Positions 39,646 through 49,412 are shown, counted from the stretch's first letter. The stretch: 54,286 nt of DNA from an uncultured Verrucomicrobia subdivision 3 bacterium (GCA_903870815.1 CAIQEI010000032.1:1-54286), one strand, 5' to 3'. Notes: a model not told the origin generated them from the letters alone. Numbers and translations: made by a program.

Positions 39646-40332
39646 ATGAAGTGTGAAGTATTTGCCGATGCGGCGGCGGTGGCCAGGGCGGCGGCTGGCA
39701 TCATTGCGGTGGAAGCGCGCGCGTCGGTCGCGGCGCGCGGGCGATTTGTCATCGCCGTCAGCGGCGGCAAAACCCCGTGGCAGATGCTGCGAGCACTCGC
39801 AAATGAGGAAGTGCCATGGGAAAATGTCCACGTGGTGCAGGTGGACGAACGTGTTGCGCCCGCCGGCGATCCCGAACGTAATCTGACACATCTGCGCGAG
39901 AGCCTGTTGTCCCACGCGCCGCTAACTCCCGGCCAGATCTATGCGATGCCGGTGGAAGACCCGGATCTGGAAACCGCCGCCGCGAATTACACCCGCACCT
40001 TGCAGTCCATCGCCGGTTTGCCGCCCATCCTGGATTTGGCGCACCTTGGCCTGGGCCCGGATGGGCATACGGCTTCGTTGATTCCGAACGACCCGGTATT
40101 GAACGTCACCGACCGGGATGTCGCCCTGACCGGCATTTATCAAAATCGGCGACGGATGACGCTGACGTATCCCCTGCTCAACCGCTCCCGACGGATCCTG
40201 TGGCTGGTAACTGGCTCGGAAAAAGTTGAAATGCTGGCCCGGCTCCGCCGCGGTGATGTTTCAATTCCTGCCGGACGGATCCGTCAGGACGTTGCTCTCG
40301 TTCTGGCCGACCGGCCGGCGGCGGGAAAATAA
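39646..40332 (+). CDS. pgl: 6-phosphogluconolactonase
   Basis: SGGKTP, DERV, LGLGPDGHTASL, RMTLT; follows pgi. Confidence 0.93.
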   Translation: MKCEVFADAAAVARAAAGIIAVEARASVAARGRFVIAVSGGKTPWQMLRALANEEVPWENVHVVQVDERVAPAGDPERNLTHLRESLLSHAPLTPGQIYAMPVEDPDLETAAANYTRTLQSIAGLPPILDLAHLGLGPDGHTASLIPNDPVLNVTDRDVALTGIYQNRRRMTLTYPLLNRSRRILWLVTGSEKVEMLARLRRGDVSIPAGRIRQDVALVLADRPAAGK

Positions 40333-40408
40333 TATCCGCCGAACGCGGCTCAGTTTCTCGACCCAAATCCTACTCGACGCCTCCGCCATTCACGGTTAGT
40401 TTTCCGTC

Positions 40409-41659
40409 ATGTCAATGGAATCGCTCGGAACGCCAGCGGATAATCCGCGCAAGAAAATCAACCTCCGCCGGCCCGATGTCATGGAGGCCGTGCAGGCGCA
40501 GGTGCTGTCGCATTACCGCAGTGAAATTGTCGAAAGCATCCGCGCCAACGGCGGCGTTCTTACCGCCGATGGCCTGACCGTGAAGCTCGCGAAGGAATTT
40601 GGCTTCTGCTACGGCGTCGAGCGCGCCATCGATCTCGCCTACGCTGCGCGCAAGTATTTCTCCGATGTCGCGCCGCATATCCCGATTTATCTGCTCGGCG
40701 AAATTATCCACAACCCGGAGGTCAACGACCAGATCCGCAACATGGGGATCAAGATCATTTCGCCCAAGCCGACCGATGAGGAGCTGTCGCTCCTGCAATC
40801 CGGCGATGTCGTCATCATTCCGGCCTTCGGCACCGAGGTCGGCACGCGCAAAAAGCTGGAGGCCATCGGCTGCGAAATGGTGGACACCACCTGCGGCGAC
40901 GTGATGAGCGTCTGGAAACGCGTCCGCCAATACTCCAAGGAGCACGTCACCAGCATCATCCACGGCAAAGCCAAGCACGAGGAGACCAAGGCGACCACGT
41001 CGCAGGCACGCGCTTACGGCAGCGGCCATTATCTGGTCGTGTTCAACCTTGCGGAAACCGATTACGTCTGCAACTACATCCTGCACGGCGGCGACAAGCA
41101 CGAGTTTTTGAAAAAGTTTGACGGCGCGTATTCCGCCGGATTCGACCCCGATCTGCATCTGCAGGCGGTCGGCGTGGCCAACCAGACCACGATGCTCCGC
41201 GGCGAAACCGAGGAAGTGCAGCGCCGGTTCAAGGCCGTCATGGAAAAGAAATATGGCGCGGACAAGATCGCCCAGCATTTCCGCTTCTTCGACACCATTT
41301 GCGGCGCGACCCAGGACCGGCAGGACGCCCTGGAAAAAATGCTGCTGACGCCGCCGAACCTGCTCATCGTCATCGGCGGGTACAATTCCTCCAACACCTC
41401 GCATTTGGCGGAGATGGGCGAATCCAAGCTGCCGACCTACTTCATCAAGAACGCCGCCATGATGGAATCCACCTCGGTCATCCGGCATTACGACCAACAT
41501 AAAAAGCAGGAAGTGGTGACGCAGGCGTGGCTGCCCTCCGGCAACCTCACCGTCGGCATCACCGCCGGCGCGAGCTGCCCGAACAATCTGATTGAGGACA
41601 CCATCCGCCGCCTGTTCGAACTGCGCGGCATCTCCGTGCAGGAGCTGCTGAAGAAGTAA
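40409..41659 (+). CDS. ispH: 4-hydroxy-3-methylbut-2-enyl diphosphate reductase
   Basis: FGFCYGVERA, IIHNP, DTTC, HEET, NQTT, TICGATQDRQ, SSNT, TAGASCP. Confidence 0.96.
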   Translation: MSMESLGTPADNPRKKINLRRPDVMEAVQAQVLSHYRSEIVESIRANGGVLTADGLTVKLAKEFGFCYGVERAIDLAYAARKYFSDVAPHIPIYLLGEIIHNPEVNDQIRNMGIKIISPKPTDEELSLLQSGDVVIIPAFGTEVGTRKKLEAIGCEMVDTTCGDVMSVWKRVRQYSKEHVTSIIHGKAKHEETKATTSQARAYGSGHYLVVFNLAETDYVCNYILHGGDKHEFLKKFDGAYSAGFDPDLHLQAVGVANQTTMLRGETEEVQRRFKAVMEKKYGADKIAQHFRFFDTICGATQDRQDALEKMLLTPPNLLIVIGGYNSSNTSHLAEMGESKLPTYFIKNAAMMESTSVIRHYDQHKKQEVVTQAWLPSGNLTVGITAGASCPNNLIEDTIRRLFELRGISVQELLKK

Positions 41660-41671
41660 TTCGTTTCCGTC

Positions 41672-42829
41672 ATGCCGCGCACCCGTCAGGAACTCGAACT
41701 ACTCGAACGCCAGTCGCTCGCGCCGTACGCCCAATTCAGCGCCGACACGCGCGGCCGCAAACACGACGAGCCGCCCCCCGTCTGGCGCACGGAATACCAG
41801 CGCGACCGCGACCGCGTCATCCACTCGCGCGCCTTCCGCCGGCTGGAGTACAAGACGCAGGTATTTCTCAACGGCACTGGCGACCACCTTCGCACCCGTC
41901 TCACGCACACCATTGAAGTTGCCGCCGGCGCCCGTAATATCTCCAGTGCCCTCCGCCTCAACACCGACCTGGCCGAATCCATCGCGCTGGCCCACGACCT
42001 GGGTCATTCACCCTTCGGCCACAAGGGCGAGACCGTGCTGGCCCGCCTGATGCGGGGCCACGGCGGGTTCGAGCATAATCTTCACAGCCTCCGGATCGTC
42101 GAGGAACTGGAGGAAAAATATCCCGGCTTTCCCGGCTTGAATCTTTCGTGGGAAGTGCTCGAAGGCCTGGCGAAACACCAGACCGCCTACGATCACCCCG
42201 ACCGGCGCAAGGGTTTTGACGCCAAGAACACTTCCCTCGAAGCGCAAGTTGCTAACCTGGCGGATGAAATCGCCTATTACAGCCACGACCTTGATGACGG
42301 CCTCGACTCCGGTCTGCTCCAGGAAAGTCAACTGGCCAAGAACGTCGAGGTTTGGGCGCAAGCCGCGCATACGGTAAAAAAGGATCACCGGGTGCTGCCG
42401 GAAGAATGCCGGCGGTATTACACGATCCGCACCATCATTGATTTGCAGATCCGCGACGTGGTGGAAAACAGTGAGCAACTGATCCAAGCCGCCGGCGTCA
42501 AGTCCGCCGACGACGTGCGGCGTCACCCCGGGGCCTTGATTCAATACAGCCCCGCGCGCCGCAAGCTGAACCTGCAACTGCGCGATTACCTTTACAAAAA
42601 CCTTTATTACAACCCCATCGTGCACCGGCCGAACGTACGCGCGGTGAAAATGCTCAAGCTGCTGTTCAAACATTTTCTCGCGCACCCGAAGGAGATCGGC
42701 GACAGCTCCCGGCGGCGCCTGAAAAAGACCGGCCTGCACCGCGCCGTCTGCGATTACCTCGCCGGCATGACCGACCGTTACGTCATGCTCGAATACGCGC
42801 GCATCTTCGGCAAAAATATTGAAGTTTGA
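41672..42829 (+). CDS. dgt: Deoxyguanosinetriphosphate triphosphohydrolase-like HD protein
   Basis: RDRDRVIHSRAFRRL, RTRLTHT, AHDLGHSPFGH, ADEIAY, DYLAGMTD. Confidence 0.95.
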   Translation: MPRTRQELELLERQSLAPYAQFSADTRGRKHDEPPPVWRTEYQRDRDRVIHSRAFRRLEYKTQVFLNGTGDHLRTRLTHTIEVAAGARNISSALRLNTDLAESIALAHDLGHSPFGHKGETVLARLMRGHGGFEHNLHSLRIVEELEEKYPGFPGLNLSWEVLEGLAKHQTAYDHPDRRKGFDAKNTSLEAQVANLADEIAYYSHDLDDGLDSGLLQESQLAKNVEVWAQAAHTVKKDHRVLPEECRRYYTIRTIIDLQIRDVVENSEQLIQAAGVKSADDVRRHPGALIQYSPARRKLNLQLRDYLYKNLYYNPIVHRPNVRAVKMLKLLFKHFLAHPKEIGDSSRRRLKKTGLHRAVCDYLAGMTDRYVMLEYARIFGKNIEV

Positions 42830-42832
42830 ATT

Positions 42833-44932
42833 ATGCGTCACTCCTCCATCAGCCTTTGCCTTATGGCCACCATGCTCTTCACTGCAGCCGAGGCCAGCGG
42901 GAAACCCACGACACTCGCGAAATTCCAAAAGTCCGCCGCCAAATTTGGTTCCGTCGTCACCATCCCGACGTTTGAGACCACCACGAACGGAGTCGTCGCC
43001 ACCGTGGCCCAGACCATCGCCGAAGGCAACGCCGCGCTCGACCGCATCGGCCGGCTGACGGCGGCTCAGGTGAATTTCACCAACACCTTCATCGCGCTGG
43101 ACGATGTCAATTTCCATATCGGCCGGGCCTCCGACCGGCTGGGGCTGATTGAGCAGACCAGCACCAATGCCGACGTGCGCGACGCCGCCACCGACGCCAT
43201 CAAGCAGCTATCCGAATGGGCGGTTGGCATTGACTATCGCGCGGACGTCTATCTCGCGCTGAAAACGTTTGCCGCCACGCAGCCGCCGTTGACCGGCGAA
43301 GACAAGAAACTGCTCGACGACACCCTGCGCGATTATCGCCGGGCCGGATTGGATTTGCCCCAGGAGCAGCGCGATGCCGTGGAAAAGCTCCGCAAAGAAC
43401 TGACCGCGCTCGAAACGGATTTTGAGAACAACGTCACCAAGGCCACTCAGCCGCTGAAATTCACCAAAGCGGAATTGGCTGGCGTCCCGGACGCCTTTCT
43501 CACCCAGCAAGGCATCAAGACCGGCGACGACGAATACACCCTCAAGGCCAACATCACGTTCCATTACATCATGGTCGAAGACAACGCCAGTCTCGAGGCC
43601 ACGCGCCGGCGCATGATGACCGCGCAATGCAATCTCGCCCGCACGGCGAACATTCCCCTGCTCCAGAAAATCCTCGTCCGCCGCGATGAACTTGCCCACC
43701 AGCTCGGCTACGCCAGCTACGCCGATTACGCCACCGAGACGCGCATGGTCAAGAACGCGGCGACGGCTATCAACTTCCTGCAAAACCTCAAAACCGGCTT
43801 GCAGCCCAAATACGACCTCGAACTGAAGGAATTCCGGGATTTGAAAATCGCCGAGACCGGCGACACCAACGCCATCATCAACGCCTGGGACTGGCGCTAT
43901 TACGCCAACCAGCTCAAGAAGACGAAATACAACGTGGACGCCGAGCAGCTGCGCGTTTATTTCCCATATCAAAACGTGCTGGAAGGGATGTTCAAGATCT
44001 ATCAGCGCATCTTCGGGCTGAAATTCGAGCGCGTCGAGCCGCCCTATAAATGGATCGACGACCTCCAGCTTTACACCGTTTCCGACGCCAAGACCGGCGA
44101 ACCGATGGGCCTGTTCTATCTCGACATGTTCCCGCGCGACGGCAAATACAATCACTTCGCCCAGTTCGGCATCATCGAGGGCAAACTGCTGCCGGACGGC
44201 CGGTACCAGCGCCCCGTCTGCTGCCTCGTCTGCAATTTCCCGCCGCCCCAGCCGGGCAAACCCTCCCTGCTTTCGCACGACGAGGTCGAGACCATCTTCC
44301 ACGAGTTCGGCCACGCCATGCACACCATCCTGACGCGCGCCAAATACTCGCGCTTCGCCGGCACCAGCGTCCCGCAGGATTTTGTCGAGGCGCCGTCCCA
44401 GATGCTGGAGAACTGGCCGTGGGACAAGAAAGTGTTGGACAGCTTCGCCGCCGATTACCGCGACCCCAAGAAGAAGATTCCGGCGGATGTCCTCGCCCAG
44501 TTGAAGACTGCGCGATTTGCGACCGAGGCCACCCGCTATCGCCGGCAGCTTTCCTTCGGCCTGATGGATCTCACCCTGCACACGCAAATCCACGCGACCA
44601 ACGCCGACGACGTGGTGCCGCTTTCGAATGAAATCTTGAGCGACGTTTCCTTTCCTGTGCCGCCGGATACTGCCTTCGTGGCCTACTTCGGCCACATCAT
44701 CGGCTACGGCGCGGGCTACTATGGCTACGCCTGGGCCGACGCCATTGCGGCGGACATGGCCACCGTGTTCGAGCAATCGCCGGACGGCTTCTTTGACCAA
44801 ATCACCGGCCTGCGGATGCGGAATGAGATTTACGCCGTTGGCGACTCCCGGGATATCAACGTCTCCATCGAGAAATTCCTGGGCCGCCCCCGTTCGCTCG
44901 ACCCCTTCCTCAAGCGCATCGGTGTGAAATAA
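42833..44932 (+). CDS. M3A zinc oligopeptidase (thimet-oligopeptidase-like) with signal peptide
   Basis: FHEFGHAMH, DFVEAPSQMLENW, YYGYAWA; N-terminal hydrophobic leader. Confidence 0.95.
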   Translation: MRHSSISLCLMATMLFTAAEASGKPTTLAKFQKSAAKFGSVVTIPTFETTTNGVVATVAQTIAEGNAALDRIGRLTAAQVNFTNTFIALDDVNFHIGRASDRLGLIEQTSTNADVRDAATDAIKQLSEWAVGIDYRADVYLALKTFAATQPPLTGEDKKLLDDTLRDYRRAGLDLPQEQRDAVEKLRKELTALETDFENNVTKATQPLKFTKAELAGVPDAFLTQQGIKTGDDEYTLKANITFHYIMVEDNASLEATRRRMMTAQCNLARTANIPLLQKILVRRDELAHQLGYASYADYATETRMVKNAATAINFLQNLKTGLQPKYDLELKEFRDLKIAETGDTNAIINAWDWRYYANQLKKTKYNVDAEQLRVYFPYQNVLEGMFKIYQRIFGLKFERVEPPYKWIDDLQLYTVSDAKTGEPMGLFYLDMFPRDGKYNHFAQFGIIEGKLLPDGRYQRPVCCLVCNFPPPQPGKPSLLSHDEVETIFHEFGHAMHTILTRAKYSRFAGTSVPQDFVEAPSQMLENWPWDKKVLDSFAADYRDPKKKIPADVLAQLKTARFATEATRYRRQLSFGLMDLTLHTQIHATNADDVVPLSNEILSDVSFPVPPDTAFVAYFGHIIGYGAGYYGYAWADAIAADMATVFEQSPDGFFDQITGLRMRNEIYAVGDSRDINVSIEKFLGRPRSLDPFLKRIGVK

Positions 44933-45115
44933 CCGCGCGCCGTCCGCGCGGCGAATTGACCAAGCTTCGCGAACCGAAACAGCCCGGCTTGGGGAGTCTC
45001 AATTAAGCCAGAGAGCTTCTTTCGGGGGACGTTAATCGGAAAAGAAAGCTTTTCTGGCAGGAATGCTTTTTCCTATTAAACTATCGTGCTTGATAGATGT
45101 TAGGCGGCATCATGG

Positions 45116-45469
45116 TCAGCCTGCGGGATGAATGGTGAACACGATGCCCGCCTCCTTGCAAATCTTCTTCAAGTCATCCAAATCAGCGGCCAACGCCACT
45201 GACTCCCCACTACACGTCGGCCACCAATCCAAGGTCGAACCACGCGGCAAGCCTTTGAGAAGGGTCTTGAGCGCCCCAGGAGACTTGCATACGGTCTCGC
45301 CACCTCGAATGGCACTCGTGCCACCGAAGATGAATACCCACTCAGGACGCTCCGGCTTTGACTCGTAAACACGGCCCACCGAGAGTGAATACTTGTCTGG
45401 CGGAACTACGTCGGCGGCCAGAACCCACAACGCAAACGTGATGAATAGCAGAGCAATGATTCTTTTCAT
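45116..45469 (-). CDS. Small secreted hypothetical protein (cassette gene)
   Basis: MKRIIALLFITFALWVLA signal peptide; start placed at ATG 45469. Confidence 0.7.
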   Translation of the reverse strand: MKRIIALLFITFALWVLAADVVPPDKYSLSVGRVYESKPERPEWVFIFGGTSAIRGGETVCKSPGALKTLLKGLPRGSTLDWWPTCSGESVALAADLDDLKKICKEAGIVFTIHPAG

Positions 45470-45511
45470 GTTAGTATGACACATCACTTGCATATTTCTT
45501 AGAGGCTTCAT

Positions 45512-45606
45512 GCCTCCCAATAATGAGCCACGCTGGGCCTGTGATGCCGCCCGCGAGCGCGGACTTCAAAGTGTCAGCTGGTGATGGCTTCATTATCTTG
45601 TTGAAC
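45512..45606 (-). other. Degenerate attC-like site overlapping the upstream stop codon
   Basis: Begins GTTCAAC (RYYYAAC), contains GAAGCCA...TGGCTCA inverted boxes, ends in degenerate GGGAGGC. Confidence 0.45.
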
Positions 45607-46026
45607 GTCTGGTTTATCATCATCTGATTTTGTTGGTGATTTTGGGATAATATCTTTGACGAACCAACTAACTATCCGGTCAGCATATCGAAGGCAATAA
45701 ATGGCCAGGGCAATGTGCATCGCAACGCGCACCAATATCATCTTTGAATGAATCGTGAACACTGCATAAGGTCTGTCAGGTATCAAATACTCTACAAAAT
45801 AACTAGCATCAATGACGGCATAAAAGAACAGCCAAAGCGCCTGCAAGCGGATAAAGAAAATAGCGAACTGCCTGAAAGTCATCCGCTCCCAAAATCGCTC
45901 CTCTGCTGGCGAAATGATATGACCTAACGCCTCTGGTGAAGTGCTAACAAAAGCATCGGTGCTGCATGACGGGCAACTCATCGCCTGATCGGGACTCTCT
46001 AGACCACAATTTGCGCATTTTTTCAT
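45574..46026 (-). CDS. Zinc-ribbon plus 2-TM hypothetical protein (cassette gene)
   Basis: N-terminal CANC...CPSC followed by two hydrophobic segments. Confidence 0.72.
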   Translation of the reverse strand: MKKCANCGLESPDQAMSCPSCSTDAFVSTSPEALGHIISPAEERFWERMTFRQFAIFFIRLQALWLFFYAVIDASYFVEYLIPDRPYAVFTIHSKMILVRVAMHIALAIYCLRYADRIVSWFVKDIIPKSPTKSDDDKPDVQQDNEAITS

Positions 46027-46159
46027 AAATGTTTGAAGTCGCCTAACAGGTATTGTCTTGAATTTCTGCGCCCTATCCCAGCCGCATCATTGAGACCAGT
46101 TTAAAATTGCAAGTTCCATTTGTACAGCTAATAACGACGCGATGAGCCCAAAGATTTCG

Positions 46160-46418
46160 CTTCACCAAAGGCTGAATCCGCCGTGGGAAGAAACGAGGAT
46201 TGAGGATGGATGATTGATGATGGCAGCGGCTTCGTCGCCCGCTCTTGATTTGTAGGAGCCGAGGTGACGAGGCTCATTTTAATACCATTGCCGGTTTTTA
46301 ATTTGAGCCTCCTAACGGCGGCTTCTGCATCCGGTCCGGCCCCCCGTCGGGGGTCCGCTATCGCCTTGATTCTTAGTTCGCTTCCAAATGTTGGGGACTC
46401 GCGGAACTCGTCCCTCCG
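46160..46418. repeat. Mosaic of REP-like and heptamer repeats
   Basis: Heptamers GAGGATT/GAGGATG/GATGATT/GATGATG (about 46195-46222); GTAG-led element 46252-46275 with inverted partner 46305-46328 (18/24); GC hairpin at about 46337-46357; copy 2 of the 27-mer at 46392-46418. Confidence 0.7.
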
Positions 46419-46665
46419 GTGCGGGCGGGAATTGGTCCCGGCATTCCGGAAACGCATCCAAGCCAGTCGGCAGTACGGCCGTGTGTCTCGGAATTACCTC
46501 TGAATAGTCTGGCAATCCTACCGAGTTGCTGGGAATTGCCGCCGACTTCACAGGCTTTGCTGCCAAGCACTCCGGCAATACCTGCGAGCCGGTCAGCAGT
46601 GCGTCTGAAGTGCCCGGTAGTATTACCGAGCCCATCAGACACACTGATATGCATCTAATCTTCAT
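46312..46665 (-). other. ORF of degenerate 7-aa (21-nt) repeats; coding status uncertain
   Basis: GSVILPG/TSDALLT/GSQVLPE/CLAAKPV/KSAAIPS/NSVGLPD/YSEVIPR/HTAVLPT/GLDAFPE/CRDQFPP; the C-terminal part reads through REP-like DNA. Confidence 0.5.
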
Positions 46666-46696
46666 CTCTGCGAAGCTAATCTATGCCGATGATTTG

Positions 46697-46718
46697 GAAT
46701 GATAATTGCTTATCATTC
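46697..46718. promoter_or_regulatory. AT-rich operator-like palindrome in a divergent intergenic region
   Basis: GAATGATAA-TTGC-TTATCATTC, a perfect 9-4-9 inverted repeat. Confidence 0.55.
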
Positions 46719-46779
46719 GTTGTCTAAAGAATAAGCTAGCCGGCCAGAAATTCCGGAAAAGCCCAACATTATATGGCCT

Positions 46780-47457
46780 ATGAACAGTATCAAGTTCCTA
46801 CCCAAACGGCAGATTGATGTGTTGAATTACGGTGCGCACGTGCATGAAACGCTGGCGGCGGCTGGTTTTGACCCGGCGGCGCTCAGTTTGACGCCGGCGG
46901 ATGTCACGGAGCTGGGCACGCTGGTGTCTGACTGTCAAACGGCGCACGATGCCGTGAACGCGGCGAAACTGGACTTGCAATCCAAAATCAAGAATCTGAG
47001 CGCGCCCGGCGGTGCGCATGCGCGTTTGACGGGCAAGTTGCGCGGCATCGCCAGGAGCGCCCGTTCTTCGCCGGCTTCGGCGGGAATACTGGCGACTATC
47101 GGCCTCAGCCCCTACAAGGCTGGTCGCACGCCCCGGACAGCCCCGGCGGAGCCGCCGGATTTCACCGTCACCGGAGTGAAACCCGGCAGCGTGCAGGTGA
47201 GTTTTCGGATGGGTGGCACGGCGCGTCCGCGCGCCCGGGCGGAGCATACCACGGGTGTGCAGATCGCGGTGATGGACGGCGCGACCGCCCGGATGGATAA
47301 CGAGGCGGACACGGCGTGGAACGTTTTTGTCTCGCACAGTCCGGCGACTTTGGATGCCACGCAGATGCCGCGGCAGGTACGGTTGTATGCGCGCTGGATC
47401 ACGCGGCGCGGACACACCGGTCCGTGGTCGTTGCCGCTGTCGGTTTCGGTGATCTGA
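46780..47457 (+). CDS. Hypothetical protein, helical N-terminus plus Ig/FN3-like C-terminus
   Basis: 225 aa, no signal peptide; amphipathic helices, Pro linker, beta-rich C-terminus ending YARWITRRGHTGPWS. Confidence 0.8.
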   Translation: MNSIKFLPKRQIDVLNYGAHVHETLAAAGFDPAALSLTPADVTELGTLVSDCQTAHDAVNAAKLDLQSKIKNLSAPGGAHARLTGKLRGIARSARSSPASAGILATIGLSPYKAGRTPRTAPAEPPDFTVTGVKPGSVQVSFRMGGTARPRARAEHTTGVQIAVMDGATARMDNEADTAWNVFVSHSPATLDATQMPRQVRLYARWITRRGHTGPWSLPLSVSVI

Positions 47458-47608
47458 CTTCGCCCATCTCCCATCGGACCGCGAAATCGCCAAGGCGCCA
47501 GAGTGACGCGGAGCGGGGCACGGGCGCAGCTTGAGGCAACCGTATTACTCTACCGCGCAATATCCCGCTTTTCACGGCGGGCCGGCTGGCTTAGGCTGGT
47601 GAAAAGGA

Positions 47609-49036
47609 TTGGATTTGAACGACGCAACCCAAACCCGCCGCTGGCCGCGCCAGATCAAATACATCATCGGCAACGAGGCGTGCGAACGCTTTAGCTATTA
47701 CGGCATGACCGGCATTCTCGCCGGCTACATCAGCGGCCAGCTCACCGCCGGCGGCCTGGGCAAGAGCGAAGATTACGCCACGACCATCATCGCGCTGTTC
47801 AAGTCGTTCAATTATTTCACGCCGCTGCTCGGCGCGTGGCTCTCGGACAAACTCATCGGGCGCTACCGGACGATTTTCTGGGTGTCGCTGTTTTACTGCG
47901 CGGGGCACGGCACGCTGGCGTGCAGTGATTTTTTCAGCGGCCAGGGCAAGCTGAACTGCCTCTTCATCGGCCTGACGCTGATCGCGCTCGGCTCGGGCGG
48001 CATCAAGCCGTGCGTCTCGGCGTTCATGGGGGAACAGTTCACGCCCGATCAGTCGCACCTGATGCAGAAGGCCTACGGCGCGTTTTACTGGGCGATCAAC
48101 TTCGGCTCATTCTTCTCGTTCATCGTGGTGCCGTGGGTGAAGGATCATCACGGCTATAGCCCGGCCTTCGCGGTGCCGGGGATTTTTATGGCCATCGCCA
48201 CCTACATTTTCTGGCGCGGCAAAAAATATTACACCTTCGTGCCGACCAACCGGGAGAAGCGTCACGCGGGCTTTTTCCAGGTATTTTTCACCGCGCTAAC
48301 CATCAAGCGCGGGCCGGGCCAAACGTTTTGGGACGCCGCCCGCGCGCGGTTCTCTGAGAACGAAGTGGCCGCCGCGCGCTCGGTGCCGCCCATCCTGTTC
48401 GTGTTCGCGACGATCCCGATGTTCTGGGCGCTCTATGACCAGGGCAATTCGACGTGGGTGTTGCAGGGGCTAAAAATGTCGCACGTAAATTTCCTCGGCC
48501 TCGATGTCGGCGCGGAGCAGATGCAATCGCTGAATCCCCTGCTCATCATGTTGTTCGTGCCCATCTTCACGCTGTGGCTGTATCCGGCGATGGGCCGCTT
48601 TGCCGCGCCGCTCAAGCGGATGAGCTACGGGCTGTTTCTCGCGTCCGCTTCCTTCGTGGTGGTGGCGCTGCTGCAACAACGCATCTCGGCCGGCGCGCAT
48701 TTGAGCATCCTGTGGCAAACGTGGCCTTACATCATCATCACGGCCGCCGAGGTGCTGGTCTCGGCGACGGGGCTGGAGTTCGCCTTCCGCGAGGCCGCGC
48801 CGGAGATGAAGAGTTTGATCATGAGTTTCTGGCTGCTCACAGTCGCCGCCGGCAACCTCTTCGTGGCGCTCCTGACCAAGTTTTTATCGCATCCCGGCGC
48901 GAACTCCGACGATGCCTCCGTGAGCACCGGACGTTTTCTGCTCTACGCGGTCATGATGTTTGGCGTGGCCATCGTCTTCAGCCTCATCGCCGGCAAATAT
49001 CACTACCGCGACCGGTCGGCGGCGGAGGGGAAATGA
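47609..49036 (+). CDS. POT/PTR-family proton-dependent oligopeptide transporter (MFS)
   Basis: EACERFSYYG (ExxERFxYY), GSGGIKPCVS, FYWAINFGS, QSLNP. TTG start. Confidence 0.95.
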   Translation: MDLNDATQTRRWPRQIKYIIGNEACERFSYYGMTGILAGYISGQLTAGGLGKSEDYATTIIALFKSFNYFTPLLGAWLSDKLIGRYRTIFWVSLFYCAGHGTLACSDFFSGQGKLNCLFIGLTLIALGSGGIKPCVSAFMGEQFTPDQSHLMQKAYGAFYWAINFGSFFSFIVVPWVKDHHGYSPAFAVPGIFMAIATYIFWRGKKYYTFVPTNREKRHAGFFQVFFTALTIKRGPGQTFWDAARARFSENEVAAARSVPPILFVFATIPMFWALYDQGNSTWVLQGLKMSHVNFLGLDVGAEQMQSLNPLLIMLFVPIFTLWLYPAMGRFAAPLKRMSYGLFLASASFVVVALLQQRISAGAHLSILWQTWPYIIITAAEVLVSATGLEFAFREAAPEMKSLIMSFWLLTVAAGNLFVALLTKFLSHPGANSDDASVSTGRFLLYAVMMFGVAIVFSLIAGKYHYRDRSAAEGK

Positions 49037-49099
49037 CGGCATTGTTGACCCAGCAAAATCAATCTGGACAGTCACGGGCGACGTGAATAGGGTGGCCGC

Positions 49100-49378
49100 A
49101 TGAAATCACGGATCCTTTACCACATACTAAACATCCTTTCGGTGATTTGCGGGCTGGGGTCGTTTCTCGCCTTCTTCGGAATGGTTGGACTCATTCATGA
49201 TCGCGGCTTCAGCGGCGGAGTCTTGGAAGCTGCGTTGCTATCGTTCGGATTATTTGCCGGTGCCGTCATTCTATACGCGCTTTGGGACTCCGGCACCCGG
49301 TTGATCCGCATCGAGGAGGGCCAGCGGCGTTTGATGCGTGACCTGCCAAAAGGCAATGAAGATAAACCGGACGCCTGA
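49100..49378 (+). CDS. Small 2-TM membrane protein
   Basis: 92 aa, two hydrophobic helices followed by RLIRIEE. Confidence 0.6.
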   Translation: MKSRILYHILNILSVICGLGSFLAFFGMVGLIHDRGFSGGVLEAALLSFGLFAGAVILYALWDSGTRLIRIEEGQRRLMRDLPKGNEDKPDA

Positions 49379-49412
49379 TTTCAGTCGGACCGGCAAACTG
49401 GATTCATCTTCC

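Larger units (their letters stand above)
45099..46047 (-). mobile_element. Two-gene cassette-like island without integrase
   Basis: Minus strand starts GTTAGGC (46047-46041) 15 nt before an ATG and ends GCCTAAC (45105-45099) 10 nt after a stop; internal degenerate attC-like spacer; AT-richer. Confidence 0.6.

Noticed and set aside
46128-46457. 109-aa minus-strand ORF
   Set aside because: It reads through concatenated REP-like and heptamer repeats; not a credible protein.
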